A DNA stretch of 64,000 bases, from NCBI GenBank assembly GCA_036785375.1, contig JAWMAR010000531.1, forward strand, positions 310,001-374,000, written 5' to 3'. Source of the DNA: Leucoraja ocellata. Lineage: Eukaryota. The notes under the pieces are model-generated. The model did no database searches and was not told where the DNA came from. It saw only the letters and a program-made list of their open reading frames with translations. Shown here one piece after another: positions 61,871 through 64,000 of the stretch (position 1 is the first letter of the stretch; every line of letters starts with the position of its first letter). Both the position numbers and the translations under genes were made by a program.

Positions 61871-62937
61871 ACACTCAAAGTTGTTATGTTCAGTCAGGGA
61901 GAGCGATTAAGAGAAACATTGAAAAATAAAATTGTCCTTCACCAAAACACTTCAATCATTGAGGAAACTGTCTAACAAGCTAACGTAGCTCTTGCTCCCT
62001 CATTGCTTCCCACACTGAATTGTATCTGCTGCCTGCTACCCATTCCAGTAATGGATACATTTGGCCTCCTGTGAAATAAACTGTAAAAATTCCATAACCA
62101 TGGGCAGGATAGGATGTCCGCAATGGAAGGATGCAACAACGAATGGGCAGCTAGTGGTGGGGTGTGACCCTCTTCCATTAGAAATGGCGTGTCTGCAATT
62201 GTAATTGGTAAAGTTTAACATTCCTCCAGATTCTTCTGTTTCTTGGTTTAAAGTCGCCTCATAACTATCCGAAATCTCCTAACAGCCATTTTTTTCTGAA
62301 AATCCAATGACACTGTATTCACCCTCCTTTCTACTGATTCAGCCATTTCTTCAAAAAATCTTGTCAAAGTGATCAGTTTACAATAATTACAAACTCAATG
62401 CTGAAACTGATAATCCCACACATATTTAAAATTATTTTTTGTATATCGAGGATATTATCAACATTCTCAACAACAACCACTCCAACAAACTTTTCAAGAT
62501 ATTTATTACGTTATTGTGCTTTTTCTGTTTGCGCTGCCTGCTGCACTTGTGCACGACTTGATTGTTTTTATGTACAGTATAATTTGACTGGATAGCACAA
62601 GAGTTTTCACAATTCATGTGTATAAGTGGCAACAATAAACCAACACCAATCTCCTGTCCTCTCCTCGTCTGCCCTTTTGTTTACTTTTCTTCCCATTCCA
62701 CTTTGTACACTTCCTATTTTAATGGTGTCGTTTTTTCCAGTTATGATTAATCTCCAATGGTTTTGTTCTGCGTGTAACAGAGTAGTAGCTATTAAGACAA
62801 AGAACTGAAACATTCACTTTGCACTGCAAGGGAATAGCAAGGCCAAAAGAAATCAGTGTTGAAAAGACTGAATTTGAAAGTAACTTTCAGAATACGAACA
62901 ATGCCAGACATTTCTGTCAGAATTACCCTGGAAGAGG

Positions 62938-63235
62938 TATAGAGTGATACAGTGTGGAAACAGGCCCTTCGGCCCAACATATCCCAGCCACACTAGTCCC
63001 ACCTGCCCACGTTTGGTCCATATCCCTTCAAACCCGTCCTATCCATGTACTTGTCTAACTGTTTCTTAAATATTGGGATAGTCCCTGCCTCAACTACCTC
63101 CTCTGGCAGCTTGTCCCATACACTCAACCACCCTATGTGTGAAAAAGTGACCCCTCAGTTTCCTATTCCCCTTCACCTTAAACCTATGTCCTCTGGTCCC
63201 CGATTCACTTACACTGGACAAGAGACTGTGCATTT
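62938..63235 (-). mobile_element. CR1 3' end
   Basis: GTGATACAGTGTGGAAACAGGCCCTTCGGCCC...CAACTACCTCCTCTGGCAGCTTG...CACCTTAAACCTATGTCCTCTGGT. Confidence 0.9.
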
Positions 63236-63861
63236 ATCTGTGGTCCTCCACAGGATCTGATATTTCAATTCCTCGTCTATAGACCGAGCTTTGAAATCAG
63301 TGGAAGATCATGGATTATATATTTTCCCACTAAATGAAGCTGGAAAAGCTAAAGCATTTCTGAGTTAGTGAATATTTAAATGCAGGATGATATAATTGTT
63401 GCTAAGCAATATTCTGCCACTGAATTTTTAATTTTAACAACTCGGAAAGTTATTCCGTAGGAATTTAATTAGTGTCCAGAAATAATATAAGATGATGTTA
63501 TTTGTTCTGTCTGTCCCTTTTATATCTCTATTAATTCCTTTGAATTTCCTCTCTATGCTTATTCGTTTAAATCTAATTTATACTTCCTGGCTTACAATGA
63601 TAGGGTAGGAATTTGTCGTTGCTTGCACGGAATATATATGTCTATAGTTGTGGCTGCGTCTGAAATTTAGCTCCATTGATAAATTTCGAGCTTTGCATCT
63701 CAATGGGATTCATCATTTCATTAGTTTATAAAACACGTCTTTGCATGAACTGCTCTGAGGCACTGGAACAACAATGACTCACAAAGATGTCTTTCAAACA
63801 CCCAGGGGAACACTAGGCAACTGTTTGCACAGTGAATATCAAGCACTGTGTCCTTGCTGAC

Positions 63862-64000
63862 CTGGAACTGCAGATGCTGCAATCTTCAGCAAATCACAAA
63901 GTGCTGGAGGAACTTGGTGGGTCAGACAACATCTGTGGGAGGGACGTTTCGGGTCAGGGTCCTACTTCAGATTGATTTGGGGGGGGGGGGGTTCTTTGCT
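63862..64000 (-). mobile_element. PLE terminal repeat with mutated hammerhead
   Basis: GGAACTGCAGATGCTG...GACGTTTCGGGTCAGGGTCCTACTTCAG; minus strand reads CTGAAGT-A-GGACCCTGACCC-GAAACGTC. Confidence 0.75.

Noticed and set aside
1-64000. CRISPR arrays, operons, rRNA or telomerase RNA
   Set aside because: Eukaryotic repeat-rich DNA. Recurrent motifs are dispersed transposon copies, not regularly spaced repeat-spacer arrays, and no rRNA or telomerase-RNA signature was seen.

Overview
This is AT-rich, CpG-depleted, repeat-dense vertebrate DNA with no long protein-coding gene. The repeat set (HE1/V-SINEs, CR1/HER1 LINEs, Rex1/Babar, L2, DeuSINE-like copies, Penelope-like elements) points to a cartilaginous fish, probably a skate or ray (inference). 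Most ORFs in the track are retroelement fragments or chance ORFs. Main signals: (1) About 15-20 Penelope-like (PLE) terminal repeats carry a minimal type-I hammerhead ribozyme motif (CUGAAGA-A-[GGGU-YNCG-RCCC]-GAAA-CG-UH). At least two have intact cores, and several form inverted palindromic insertions with long target-site duplications (TSDs). (2) A transposon-poor promoter-like region at ~26.3-26.6 kb is followed by two well-spliced + strand micro-exons (26852-26906, 27492-27514), suggesting the 5' end or an alternative promoter of a large unidentified gene. Weaker candidates lie at ~38.5, ~49.8-50.2 and ~59.2 kb. (3) An isolated, self-complementary CpG island at 6.3-6.6 kb. (4) A decayed tRNA-Ile(AAT) copy, two hAT MITEs with 8-bp TSDs and a Helitron-like element. 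Repeat families were recognised by eye and their boundaries are approximate. No gene symbol can be supported.
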